From assembly GCA_044222475.1 (NCBI GenBank), contig JBGANF010000148.1, positions 1 to 18,401 on the forward strand: a DNA stretch of 18,401 nt. Direction: 5' to 3'. A program made the position numbers and the translations under genes. Each line of letters opens with the position of its first letter. The first letter of the stretch is position 1. Shown piece after piece: positions 8,027-16,500 of the stretch. The notes under the pieces are model-generated. The model had not been told where the DNA came from. It worked only from the letters and a program-made list of their open reading frames with translations, and ran no database searches. The DNA comes from Polyangiaceae bacterium (GTDB taxonomy: Bacteria > Myxococcota_A > Polyangia > Polyangiales > Polyangiaceae).

Positions 8027-9024
8027 GAGCCGCCCCCGGCGAGCTGCGGCTTCGCGTCGCGGTCGAGGTGGACGCGCGCGGGGACGCCGGCGTGGAGCTC
8101 GGCGCTCGGGTCGTCGACGCGAATGCGGACGCGCACGACGAGGTTCGGACGTTCCTTGTCGCTGAAGAGGTAGCGCGGCGTGAACTCGGTCTTCGAGCTC
8201 ACGTGCTCCACGCTGCCGTCGAACGAGTGCGTCACCGCATCGACGCGAAGGCTGGCCTTCGTGCCCACGCGAATCCCTGCGAGGGTCCCCTCGGCGACGA
8301 AGACGTCGACGTAGGGGTGCGTCGGGTCGGCGACCGTGACCACCGGAGCGCCGGCGCCCACGACCTCTCCAGGCTTCACGTGCACGTCGGTCACGGTGCC
8401 CTTCACGGTGGCATGGAGGAGGTGGCGCGCGAGGCGCTGGTCCTCGAGAGACACGGCGGCGATCGCCGCCTCGACGCGCGCTTCTGCGACCGCGATCTCC
8501 TCCGGCCTCGGCCCCACGACCACACCGTGCAAGCGTGCCTCGAGCGCCTCGCGCTCGGCGCGCGCGCGCGACAAGCGCGCCTCCACGTCGTCGAGCGATG
8601 CGGCGGGGGCCGACCCCGCGGCCGTCAGATCGCGGACGCGGTTGGTCTCTTTCACCAACGCCGCTTCGGTCGCCTGGGCGCCGCGGAGCTGGGCCTGGAC
8701 CAGGGCGATGTCGTCACGGCGGGAGCCGGCGTGGAGGAGCGCCACTTGCGCCTTCGCCGCGTCGACCTCCTCGGCGCGCAGGTCGCGCGCCCCCTTGGCG
8801 AGCGAGTCGTCCAGCTGGGCGAGCACCTGGCCCTCGGCGACGAGATCGCCGCGAGCGACCGGCACCGCTCCGACTCGCCCGCCGAGATCGAACCCGAGCG
8901 TCGCCTGATCGAGCTCGACGACGCCCTGGTAGGTGTCGGAGTCGACGGCGCGCCCCGTGCACCCCGGCGCGAACGACGCGAGAACGGCGATCAGGCCAAC
9001 CAGGACGAGGTATTTATTTATCAT
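8023..9024 (-). CDS. HlyD-family membrane fusion protein (YbhG-like)
   Basis: N-terminal hydrophobic signal with Cys (possible lipoprotein), lipoyl half-motifs (GGRV..V.V.RGD.V..GQVLA; G.V..V.VKPGEVV..G.PV), coiled coil, and the EFTPR motif typical of YbhG-like proteins. Confidence 0.9.
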   Translation of the reverse strand: MINKYLVLVGLIAVLASFAPGCTGRAVDSDTYQGVVELDQATLGFDLGGRVGAVPVARGDLVAEGQVLAQLDDSLAKGARDLRAEEVDAAKAQVALLHAGSRRDDIALVQAQLRGAQATEAALVKETNRVRDLTAAGSAPAASLDDVEARLSRARAEREALEARLHGVVVGPRPEEIAVAEARVEAAIAAVSLEDQRLARHLLHATVKGTVTDVHVKPGEVVGAGAPVVTVADPTHPYVDVFVAEGTLAGIRVGTKASLRVDAVTHSFDGSVEHVSSKTEFTPRYLFSDKERPNLVVRVRIRVDDPSAELHAGVPARVHLDRDAKPQLAGGGS

Positions 9025-9059
9025 TCGACTGATAATAATATCTTCGAGAGGGCGGGCAA
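9018..9059 (-). promoter_or_regulatory. sigma70-type promoter with overlapping inverted repeat (candidate TetR operator)
   Basis: Minus strand TTGCCC (9059-9054), 16 nt, TATTAT (9037-9032). Inverted repeat TTATCA-N6-TGATAA (9018-9035) covers the -10 and the ATG at 9024. Confidence 0.55.
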
Positions 9060-9171
9060 GGGGGGATGGGAGACCCGCAACGTTTGCGCGTCGAGCCCAT
9101 GATCAAGCTCATGGCTGCGGCCCACGAACCGAGCTTGACTCGTCGAAGGGCCATCGAGCTCCGCGACCACG

Positions 9172-11121
9172 ATGTCCGAAGACGCAATCCCCGAAGATCG
9201 CTACCTCCGCATCCTCGACACTGCGCCCGACGCGATGCTCGTCGTCGGAGCCGATTCGAAGATCGTCTTCGTCAACGCGCGAACGGAGGAGCTCTTCGGC
9301 TACGCCCGCTCGCAGCTCCTCGGACGCCCGCTCGACTGTTTGATCCCCGAGGCGCTCGGCCGCGCGAACGGCCATCTCCTCTCGGGCTACCTCGCGGCGC
9401 CGACCAGCCGCCCGCTGGGCTCCGGCGTCGAGCTCGCCGGCAGACGCGCTGACGGCTCCGCGGTGGAGATCGAGGTGAGCTGCAGCCCCTTCTCCACCGA
9501 GCAGGGCTCGTTCGTCTCCGCGGCCATCCGCGACATCACCGAGCGAAAGCGCTCGGAGGCCGAGGCGAGGCTCGCGACCGAGCGCTTGACGAGCGCCGTC
9601 GAGAGCATCGAGGATGCATTCGCGCTCTTCGACCGCGACGATCGCGTGGCGTTCTGCAACGGCGCCTACCGGCGCTTCATCGGCGAGTCGTGCGGCGGGC
9701 CCATCGGGCGCGCCTACGAAGACGTCTTCGGCGAGTGGCTTCCCGATCTCGTCTTCCCCGACGAAGAGGCGCGAGCGCAGTTCCGCGCCTCGCGGTACGC
9801 GGCGCGCCGAGGGACGAGCGCCACCCACGACGTCCGCACCCGCGACGGCCGTACCCTTCGCGTCAGTGATCGCCGCACGGCGGACGGCGACGTCGTCACG
9901 ACGATCCGCGACCTGACCGAGGACGTGGCGCAGGCCGAAGAGCTCCGCGACGCGCGTGTCCTCGCCGAGGAGGGGAGCGCCGCGAAGAGCACCTTTCTCG
10001 CCTCGATGAGCCACGAGCTGAGAACTCCGCTCAACGCGATCCTCGGGTTCGCCCAGCTCCTCCACCGCGACAAGAAGGAGCCTCTCTCCGCTCGCCACCG
10101 CGCCCGCGTCGAGCAGATCCTGCAGGGCGGCGAGCACCTCCTCCACCTGATCGACGACATCCTCGACCTCTCGCGCATCGAAGCGGGTGGCGTGGCGATT
10201 TCCACCGAGCCGGTCGATGCGCTCGAGGTCTTGCACGAGGTGATCGCGACGCTCGAGCCGCTCGCCACCCGCGCAAACGTGCGCGTGGAACTCGCCGCGC
10301 CGCCCGAGAATGGCGTTCCGCTCGTCGCCGCCGATCGCACGCGCTACGCCCAGATCCTCATGAACCTCGGCTCGAATGCGATCAAGTACAACCGCGCTGG
10401 AGGCACGGTGACGTTCGCTCTCGAGCCCAACGAGTCGGGGAACCTGCGTGCCATCGTCACCGACACCGGTCTCGGCATCCCGCTCGACAAGCAGCCCAAG
10501 ATGTTTCAGCCCTTCCAGCGCGCCGGTCAGGAGACGGGCCCGATCGAGGGCACCGGCATCGGGCTCTCGATCACGAAGCGCCTCGCCGAGCTGATGAACG
10601 GTCGGGTCGGCTTCTCCAGCGTCCCGACGAAGGGCTCCACGTTCTGGATCGAGATTCCGATTCACCGTGGCGCCGGGTTCTCGGCCCCGAGCCCGCTCCA
10701 CTCCCAGGCGCCTCGACCTGGTCGCGCGCCGCATGGCCGCGTCCTCTACGTCGAAGACAACCCAGCGAACGTGCGATTCATGAAGGAGCTCCTCGGCGGT
10801 TTCGAGCACGTCGAGATGCAAGCCGCCCCGACGGCGGAGCTCGGCGTCGAGCTCGCGAGGTGCAAGCCGCCGCACCTGATCATCATGGACGTGAACCTAC
10901 CCGGGATGAGCGGGATCGACGCGCTCGCCGCACTTCGCCGGTACCCTGAGACGAAGGACATCCCCGTGATCGCCCTCACCGCGGCCGCTTCGGAGCGCGA
11001 CCGCAAGCGGGGCGAGCAAGCGGGCTTCCATCGCTACCTGACCAAACCGGTGAACGTGGCCGAGCTCGAGACGGCGGTCGAAGAGATCCTCTCGAGCGCG
11101 AGCGAAGCCGCTGTGGAGTGA
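9172..11121 (+). CDS. cytoplasmic hybrid sensor histidine kinase (PAS-PAS-HisKA-HATPase-REC)
   Basis: PAS (APDAMLVV...FVNARTEELFGY...IRDITERK), second PAS, H-box FLASMSHELRTPLNAILGF, N-box NLGSNAIKY, DTGLGI, GTGIGL, receiver VLYVEDN...MDVNLPGMSG...TKP; no transmembrane segment. Confidence 0.95.
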   Translation: MSEDAIPEDRYLRILDTAPDAMLVVGADSKIVFVNARTEELFGYARSQLLGRPLDCLIPEALGRANGHLLSGYLAAPTSRPLGSGVELAGRRADGSAVEIEVSCSPFSTEQGSFVSAAIRDITERKRSEAEARLATERLTSAVESIEDAFALFDRDDRVAFCNGAYRRFIGESCGGPIGRAYEDVFGEWLPDLVFPDEEARAQFRASRYAARRGTSATHDVRTRDGRTLRVSDRRTADGDVVTTIRDLTEDVAQAEELRDARVLAEEGSAAKSTFLASMSHELRTPLNAILGFAQLLHRDKKEPLSARHRARVEQILQGGEHLLHLIDDILDLSRIEAGGVAISTEPVDALEVLHEVIATLEPLATRANVRVELAAPPENGVPLVAADRTRYAQILMNLGSNAIKYNRAGGTVTFALEPNESGNLRAIVTDTGLGIPLDKQPKMFQPFQRAGQETGPIEGTGIGLSITKRLAELMNGRVGFSSVPTKGSTFWIEIPIHRGAGFSAPSPLHSQAPRPGRAPHGRVLYVEDNPANVRFMKELLGGFEHVEMQAAPTAELGVELARCKPPHLIIMDVNLPGMSGIDALAALRRYPETKDIPVIALTAAASERDRKRGEQAGFHRYLTKPVNVAELETAVEEILSSASEAAVE

Positions 11122-11153
11122 CCGTTGCGCGCGCGGATTCGTGACGAACGCCC

Positions 11154-11663
11154 TCACGGCTTCGATCGTCGGAGACGCTGCGCGGCTGCGATCGCGGTCT
11201 TCGCCGTCCGCAGCGCGCCGGGGCCGTCGAAATGCGCCGCTAGTGGGATCGCCGGAAACGCCGCCACGCGCTCGGTGAGTGCGCGCGACTCTTCGTCGGA
11301 CCACAGCCGCTCGCACTCGGCGTAGACGCCCGACGCGCCTTCCTCCTTCTCGTCGTGCGGGCCGAGGATCGACATGATCTCGCCGCAGAGCGCCGCGTCG
11401 GGCGTCGGGACGAGGAGCGAGGTAAGCGCGGCGTGGTCCAACCGCAGATCCCAGGCGCGCTCGAGCGCGACGCCGCCCCGCGCCCGCCGCGCGGCGGGCA
11501 AGAGGATCTTCTCTTCGATGCCGATGTGACGAAGCAGACCGGCGCGGAACGTTGCGAAGGCCGCGGCGTCGAACGGCTCACTGGTGCGCGCCTTCTCGAG
11601 CAGCGCGTGCAGGCGGCGATGGTCGTCGATGAGCCACTCCGTCACCCGACGATTCTCCATCAT
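11154..11663 (-). CDS. hemerythrin/HHE cation-binding domain protein
   Basis: L..DHRRL, LLRHIGIEEKILLP (HxxxEE), DHAAL, HDEKEE (HxxxEE); starts 6 bp after the U32 stop. Confidence 0.85.
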   Translation of the reverse strand: MMENRRVTEWLIDDHRRLHALLEKARTSEPFDAAAFATFRAGLLRHIGIEEKILLPAARRARGGVALERAWDLRLDHAALTSLLVPTPDAALCGEIMSILGPHDEKEEGASGVYAECERLWSDEESRALTERVAAFPAIPLAAHFDGPGALRTAKTAIAAAQRLRRSKP

Positions 11664-11669
11664 GCCAAC

Positions 11670-13196
11670 CTACCCGCACGAGCCCTGATCGCAAAGCCCA
11701 CCCCCACACGCCGCCTTCGGCGAGGGGCCGTCGTTGCCGACGCTCACGAAGTGCGCAGGTTTGGCGCGTGCGCACGGCGGCGCCGCCGGCGCGGCGGGTT
11801 TTCCGTTCACCCTTCGTCGACGAAGCTCGGGCACGGCCTCTCCGCCGCTGCCGAGGTCGCGTTCGTCGGCTTCGCTCGCGCGCCGGCCGAACACGCCGCG
11901 CACGCGATCGAGCAGGCTCCGCGCGTACGAACGCCACATCGTACCGCCGTGCAGATCGTGGAGCAGCTCGTCGTAGACGGCGGTCATCCGGCGGCGCCAC
12001 TCGGGATCGAAGTACACCGACTTCTCCGCCCACTGATGGCAGTAACGGCACTGCTCGCAGTCGATCGACTCGCAGCCCTGCTTCTCGAAGCGATTGAGGA
12101 ACCCATCGAGCGCGCGGTTGTCGACGTAGACCGGGTTGTCGCCCTCGCGCGGGTAGAGCATCGACGCCGTCTTCCCGAAGCGGACGATCTTCGGAAACTC
12201 GAGGAGGTTCACCTCCGAGGGCTTGAGGAAGTAGCGCGCCATGCGGCCCACCGAGAAGTATGCGTCGTCCTCCTTCTTGAACACCGACTTCGGATACGCG
12301 TAGTTCTGCACCAGATCGAGCAGGTTCCCGTCGTAGCGACCGGCGTGGTACGCGCGCACCCGCAGTGCGAGGAGCTCGGTCGGGGTGTTGCGCTCGACGA
12401 TCTTGAAGTTCGTGTAGCCGAGCTTCGCGTAGCGGGCGATGTCCTCGGGTCGAATCCAGTTGGCGCGGATGTAGTTGACCGGCTCCTCGAGCCGGTACGC
12501 GTTGCAGTACACCGAGCAATAATCGAGCGGGAAATGCTGGCGATCGGCGCGCGACGCGTTCGACAGCAAGACGGCGTGGTTGCTCGCGATCGCGCAGTCC
12601 TGGCGACACCAGTTGTTGACGATGAGCGAGAGGTCCACCCGCACCGCATCGCGGATCGCGGCGAGGACCTCGAACTCGCGATGGATCGTCGTCTCGGAGA
12701 TGACGATGCAGTCGGCGCCGTTGTCCTCCCAGAAGCGCGCCTTGCGCGGGTTGTCGGTCTCGCGGTGCGAGGACACGCGTACTCCGAAATGTGGATACCG
12801 CTGCTTGATCTGGCGGAGGAAGAAGAGGTTCGCGACGGTGATCGTGTCGACACCGATCTCGCTCAGCCAGTCGAGGAGACGGCGAAGCTCGCGCTGGCCT
12901 TCGCTCGTGAACTCGACGTTGTTCATCGACGACGAGTTGAGGAGGTAGTTGAACTCGATGCCCTCGGCGTGAACCCGCTCGACGTAGCGCGCGAGGCGCT
13001 TTCGGCTGACGTCGGGCAGGTAGAACGACGGGCGCCCTCCGCCGAAGAAGTCGCGCGGGAGCTTGCCGAACACCTCGTACGTCGGGTACTTCGCGACTTC
13101 GTCGACGAGCGCCGGGTCGAAGTTGCACGCGACCGAGAACCGGATCGGGCGCTCGGCGAGCGGGAGCGCGTTGATCGTCGAAGAGGGGAATCGCAT
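11670..13196 (-). CDS. peptidase U32 family Fe-S protein (putative O2-independent hydroxylase)
   Basis: GGGRP, FNYLLN, GVDTITVAN, IHREF, cluster-type motif NNWCRQDC...H...DYCSVYC, WIRPED, FKIVER, extra CESIDCEQCRYC. Start ATG 13196, 13 bp after the chorismate mutase stop; 508 aa. Confidence 0.85.
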   Translation of the reverse strand: MRFPSSTINALPLAERPIRFSVACNFDPALVDEVAKYPTYEVFGKLPRDFFGGGRPSFYLPDVSRKRLARYVERVHAEGIEFNYLLNSSSMNNVEFTSEGQRELRRLLDWLSEIGVDTITVANLFFLRQIKQRYPHFGVRVSSHRETDNPRKARFWEDNGADCIVISETTIHREFEVLAAIRDAVRVDLSLIVNNWCRQDCAIASNHAVLLSNASRADRQHFPLDYCSVYCNAYRLEEPVNYIRANWIRPEDIARYAKLGYTNFKIVERNTPTELLALRVRAYHAGRYDGNLLDLVQNYAYPKSVFKKEDDAYFSVGRMARYFLKPSEVNLLEFPKIVRFGKTASMLYPREGDNPVYVDNRALDGFLNRFEKQGCESIDCEQCRYCHQWAEKSVYFDPEWRRRMTAVYDELLHDLHGGTMWRSYARSLLDRVRGVFGRRASEADERDLGSGGEAVPELRRRRVNGKPAAPAAPPCARAKPAHFVSVGNDGPSPKAACGGGLCDQGSCG

Positions 13197-13209
13197 CGAC
13201 GTTTCCACG

Positions 13210-13509
13210 TCAGCCCGCCGCGCGGTGACGGCGGACGACCCGCTCCATGTGCCCGCGACACGACCGGAAGAGCTCTTCGAGGAGGTGCCCGAGCGCGTCG
13301 TCGGCGAGCGGTCCAGGGTTCTTCTCGACGAGACGGGCGCGCATCGTGCGTTCACGCTCGGGATCGTGCATCCCGAGACCGGCGCGCCGTTTCACCTCCG
13401 CGATCTCCTCGACCACCCTCGCGCGCCGCGACACCAGCGCCACGAACTCGTCGTTCAAGGCGTCGATTTGCGATCGGAGATCGTCGAGCTCCAAGGCCAT
13501 GGTCTTCAT
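13210..13509 (-). CDS. stand-alone chorismate mutase, AroQ class (CM type II)
   Basis: LDDLRSQIDALNDEFVALVSRRARVVEEIAEVK...DPERE...NPGPL; equivalents of the EcCM Arg11/Arg28/Lys39/Asp48/Arg51/Glu52 residues are present; AGGA RBS upstream of ATG 13509. Confidence 0.9.
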   Translation of the reverse strand: MKTMALELDDLRSQIDALNDEFVALVSRRARVVEEIAEVKRRAGLGMHDPERERTMRARLVEKNPGPLADDALGHLLEELFRSCRGHMERVVRRHRAAG

Positions 13510-13563
13510 CGCACGAGTCCTACAAGTGCACGCGTAGCGAAGGCATGCGCAATTGAACCCCGC

Positions 13564-13577
13564 TTGATCCGGATCAA
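13564..13577. promoter_or_regulatory. FNR-family binding site (TTGAT-CCGG-ATCAA)
   Basis: 10/10 consensus match, part of a perfect 16-bp palindrome CTTGATCCGGATCAAG (13563-13578), in the 133-bp gap between divergent operons. Confidence 0.85.
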
Positions 13578-13642
13578 GTTGGAGGACGCGTTCTCGTCGA
13601 GCGCGTGCCCATTCCAGCTAGGGATGACGCGACGGAACCACG

Positions 13643-14758
13643 ATGCAGCGACGAACAGGTTCTCGCGATCGTCCGCTCATGGGTGGCAAGGCGGACCGAC
13701 GGACACGGCTCGTCGAGGCGCGCAGTGCCGCCCACCGCCTCGCGATGGCGCCGTTCGCCTTTCAATGCGCCCGCGCGGCGCGCGAGCTCGGGTTGCTCTC
13801 CGCCGTCGGTGCGGAAGGTCGCGCGGGTGCAGAGGTCGGCGTGCTCGTCACGCGCACCGGCCTGCCAGAGACGTCGGTCAGCGTGCTCCTCGACGCGTGT
13901 CTCGCGACCGATCTCCTCGTCGAAGACCCGCCCGGGCGATGGCGACTCACGACGCTGGGCGAGGTCTGGCTGCGCGATGCTTACGTCGCGCTCGACGCAG
14001 AGTTCGCGCACACGGTGTGCTGGCGCGGGCTCGCCGACCTCACGGCGAGCCTCCGCGACGGTGCACCGGTGGGGCTTCGTCACTTCGGGCCGTGGGCCAC
14101 CGTCTACGAAGGGCTCACTGCGCTTCCGCCGCGGGTGCGCGACGCGTGGTTCGCCTACGATCACGGCCACAGCGACGTCGCGTTCGATCGCGCGCTCGCG
14201 ATCGTCCTCGAGACCTCGCCGCGGAGCATCCTCGACGTCGGCGGAAACACGGGCCGCTTCGCGACGCGTCTCCTCGAGGCCGACGACGCCATCACGGTCA
14301 CGCTCGTCGATCACCCTGCGGTCGCCGCCGAGGCCGAGAAGCGACTCGCCACGCGCGGGCTCGCAGCGCGCTGCACCTGCGTTGGGCTCGATCTTTGCGA
14401 CCACCGCGCAAAGCTGCCGGGCACCCACGACGCCATCTGGATGAGCCAGTTCCTCGACTGCTTCGCTCCGGCCGACGTCATCGCCCTCTTCGATCGCGCT
14501 CGCGCGGCGCTGGCTCCCGGCGGCGCGGTGTGGGTTCTCGAGCTGTGCCCCGATCGCCAGGAAGAGCGCGGCGCGGCGACCAGCCTCCGGCTCGCCAGCC
14601 TGTACTTCACCGCGATCGCGAACGGCGTGAGTCGGTTCTACCGCGCGCGCGACTTGCTCGCGCTCGCCGAGGCGGCCGGGCTGCGATGCGACGCGACGCA
14701 CGACGGGCTCGGAAGCGCCCACACCTTGTTTCGATTCGTCCCCCGGAGGGATCCGTGA
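13643..14758 (+). CDS. SAM-dependent O-methyltransferase (Methyltransf_2 type with N-terminal dimerisation wHTH)
   Basis: ILDVGGNTGRFA SAM-binding motif, TLVDHP, DAIWMSQFLDCF; start may be ATG 13679; GTGA overlap with the next gene. Confidence 0.88.
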   Translation: MQRRTGSRDRPLMGGKADRRTRLVEARSAAHRLAMAPFAFQCARAARELGLLSAVGAEGRAGAEVGVLVTRTGLPETSVSVLLDACLATDLLVEDPPGRWRLTTLGEVWLRDAYVALDAEFAHTVCWRGLADLTASLRDGAPVGLRHFGPWATVYEGLTALPPRVRDAWFAYDHGHSDVAFDRALAIVLETSPRSILDVGGNTGRFATRLLEADDAITVTLVDHPAVAAEAEKRLATRGLAARCTCVGLDLCDHRAKLPGTHDAIWMSQFLDCFAPADVIALFDRARAALAPGGAVWVLELCPDRQEERGAATSLRLASLYFTAIANGVSRFYRARDLLALAEAAGLRCDATHDGLGSAHTLFRFVPRRDP

Positions 14759-16464
14759 AGAAGACCGACGCCGAGCTGTTCTACACCCCAGGTCGACCGA
14801 ACCCCGGACCGCCGTATCTCACCGAGACGCGCACCGCGAAATCGAAATACAAGAAGCCGGCGAAGCTCCTCGAGAAGCCCGACGCGATCGTGATCGGCTC
14901 CGGCATCGGCGGGCTAGGGATCGCATCGATCCTCGCGCAGCGACGGAACTACCGCGTGCTCCTCCTGGAAGCCGCGCCGACTCCCGGCGGGTGCACGCAC
15001 TGCCACGAGATCGACGGCTTCGAGTTCGCGAGCGGCGTCGACTCGATCGGCGACATGGATCCGCGCGTCGGTCGCGGCATGTTCCGCCCGACGATCGACT
15101 ACCTCACCAAGGGGACCCTCGAATGGGCGAAGATGCCCGACGTCCACGAGATCTGCGGGATCGGTGACGACGTCTACGATTGGTACTCGTCGCCGGAGAA
15201 GAACATCGAGTGGGTCGAACGTAGATTCCCCGGCGAAGGCCGCGTGCGCGACTACTACGAGCTCGAAGAGCAGATCGAAGCGTCGGCCACGGTGTGGGGC
15301 GCGACCAAGTTGATGCCGGAGTGGATCCCGGTCGCCGCGCGCGAGCAGTTCTACCGGACGTTCGGCGGCAAATGGCGTCGCTACATGAACCGATCGACCA
15401 CGAGCGTCTTCCGCGACGAACTGGGCTTCTCCAAGCGCCTCACCGCGGTGTTCACGTACATGTACGGCAACCACGGGCGCACGCCGGATCACGCACCGTT
15501 CGCGTTCCACGCGGCGAACCTCCTTCACTACCGCAACGGCGCGTACTTTCCCGTCGGCGGTCCGGCGCAGATCGCCGAGTGCATCGTCCCGATCATCGAG
15601 CGCGCCGGAGGTCAGCTCGCGGTGAGCTCGCCGGTCGCGCAGATCCTCGTCGAGGGCAACAGGACGGTCGGCGTGCAGCTCGAAGACGGCGAGGTGGTCC
15701 GTTGCCCGCTCGTGATCTCGGACGCCTCGGCCTACGTCACGTTCATGAATCTGCTCGAACGCGACGTGGCCGAACGCCACGGCTACGCGCGCCGGTTCAC
15801 GGACGGAGCGGCCGGCAACGGAGAGGTGATCGGCCCGAGCCCGGCGCACCTCTATCTCTTGCTCGGCTACGACGAAGCGATCGATCTCCCCAAGCACATC
15901 GTCTGGCACATGCCGAGCTACGAGGGGGTCGACCCGTACGATCTCTCCGCCGCCGACGATCTCTACAAGAGCCAGATGAAGCTCGAGGGAATGGGGGGCT
16001 ATCTCCTGAGCCCGTCGGCGCGCGATCCGGTGCACGCGCAGCGCTATCCGAACAAGTCCACGGTCGTCGCGCTGGCCGAAGCACCGCCGCGGTGGGTCGC
16101 GAAGGCGAAGGCCGATGCCGCATTCCGCGACGAGCTCCGCGCGGGCGTCACCGAGAACTTGATGAAGCTCGTCCATCGCTACATGCCGATGTTGAAAGGC
16201 AAGACGCCAAAGGTGCTCCGCGCCGGAGTGCCGATGGGGTGCAATCCGCGCGCCTGGCACGGATGCTCGCTGGGGCTCGAGCCGAGCGGAGAGCGCTTCG
16301 TGGAGCATACCCATTGGCTCCGGCCGAAGACGCTCGTCGACGGCCTGTACCTGACCGGTCAAGACTCCTTCTCTGCCGGATTCGCAGGCTCGATGGCGTC
16401 GGCGCGCCTGACCTACTCCGTGCTCTCGCGCGATTGGCTCTTCATGCTGGACACCCGGCTCTAG
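14755..16464 (+). CDS. FAD-dependent oxidoreductase, phytoene desaturase / retinol saturase family
   Basis: DAIVIGSGIGGL...VLLLEA...PGGCTH...GFEF, YFPVGGPAQI, VISDAS, GLYLTGQD; start GTG 14755 coupled to the methyltransferase stop; 569 aa. Confidence 0.88.
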   Translation: MKKTDAELFYTPGRPNPGPPYLTETRTAKSKYKKPAKLLEKPDAIVIGSGIGGLGIASILAQRRNYRVLLLEAAPTPGGCTHCHEIDGFEFASGVDSIGDMDPRVGRGMFRPTIDYLTKGTLEWAKMPDVHEICGIGDDVYDWYSSPEKNIEWVERRFPGEGRVRDYYELEEQIEASATVWGATKLMPEWIPVAAREQFYRTFGGKWRRYMNRSTTSVFRDELGFSKRLTAVFTYMYGNHGRTPDHAPFAFHAANLLHYRNGAYFPVGGPAQIAECIVPIIERAGGQLAVSSPVAQILVEGNRTVGVQLEDGEVVRCPLVISDASAYVTFMNLLERDVAERHGYARRFTDGAAGNGEVIGPSPAHLYLLLGYDEAIDLPKHIVWHMPSYEGVDPYDLSAADDLYKSQMKLEGMGGYLLSPSARDPVHAQRYPNKSTVVALAEAPPRWVAKAKADAAFRDELRAGVTENLMKLVHRYMPMLKGKTPKVLRAGVPMGCNPRAWHGCSLGLEPSGERFVEHTHWLRPKTLVDGLYLTGQDSFSAGFAGSMASARLTYSVLSRDWLFMLDTRL

Positions 16465-16500
16465 CCTTCGCCCCGATGTGCCATTACGTTCATTGCGGAG

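Noticed and set aside
9097..9138. CCATGA-N6-TCATGG and TCAAGCTC...GAGCTTGA inverted repeats upstream of the kinase as another FNR box
   Set aside because: They do not match TTGAT-N4-ATCAA, and short palindromes of this size can arise by chance.
13197..13355. U32 start at 13355
   Set aside because: It overlaps the chorismate mutase in another frame; ATG 13196 fits the operon spacing.
13063..14754. 1133-aa ORF 13063..16464 as a single fusion protein
   Set aside because: The N-terminal ~564 codons are antisense to U32/CM or out of frame over the methyltransferase and read as Arg/Ala-rich noise; family motifs begin only after GTG 14755.
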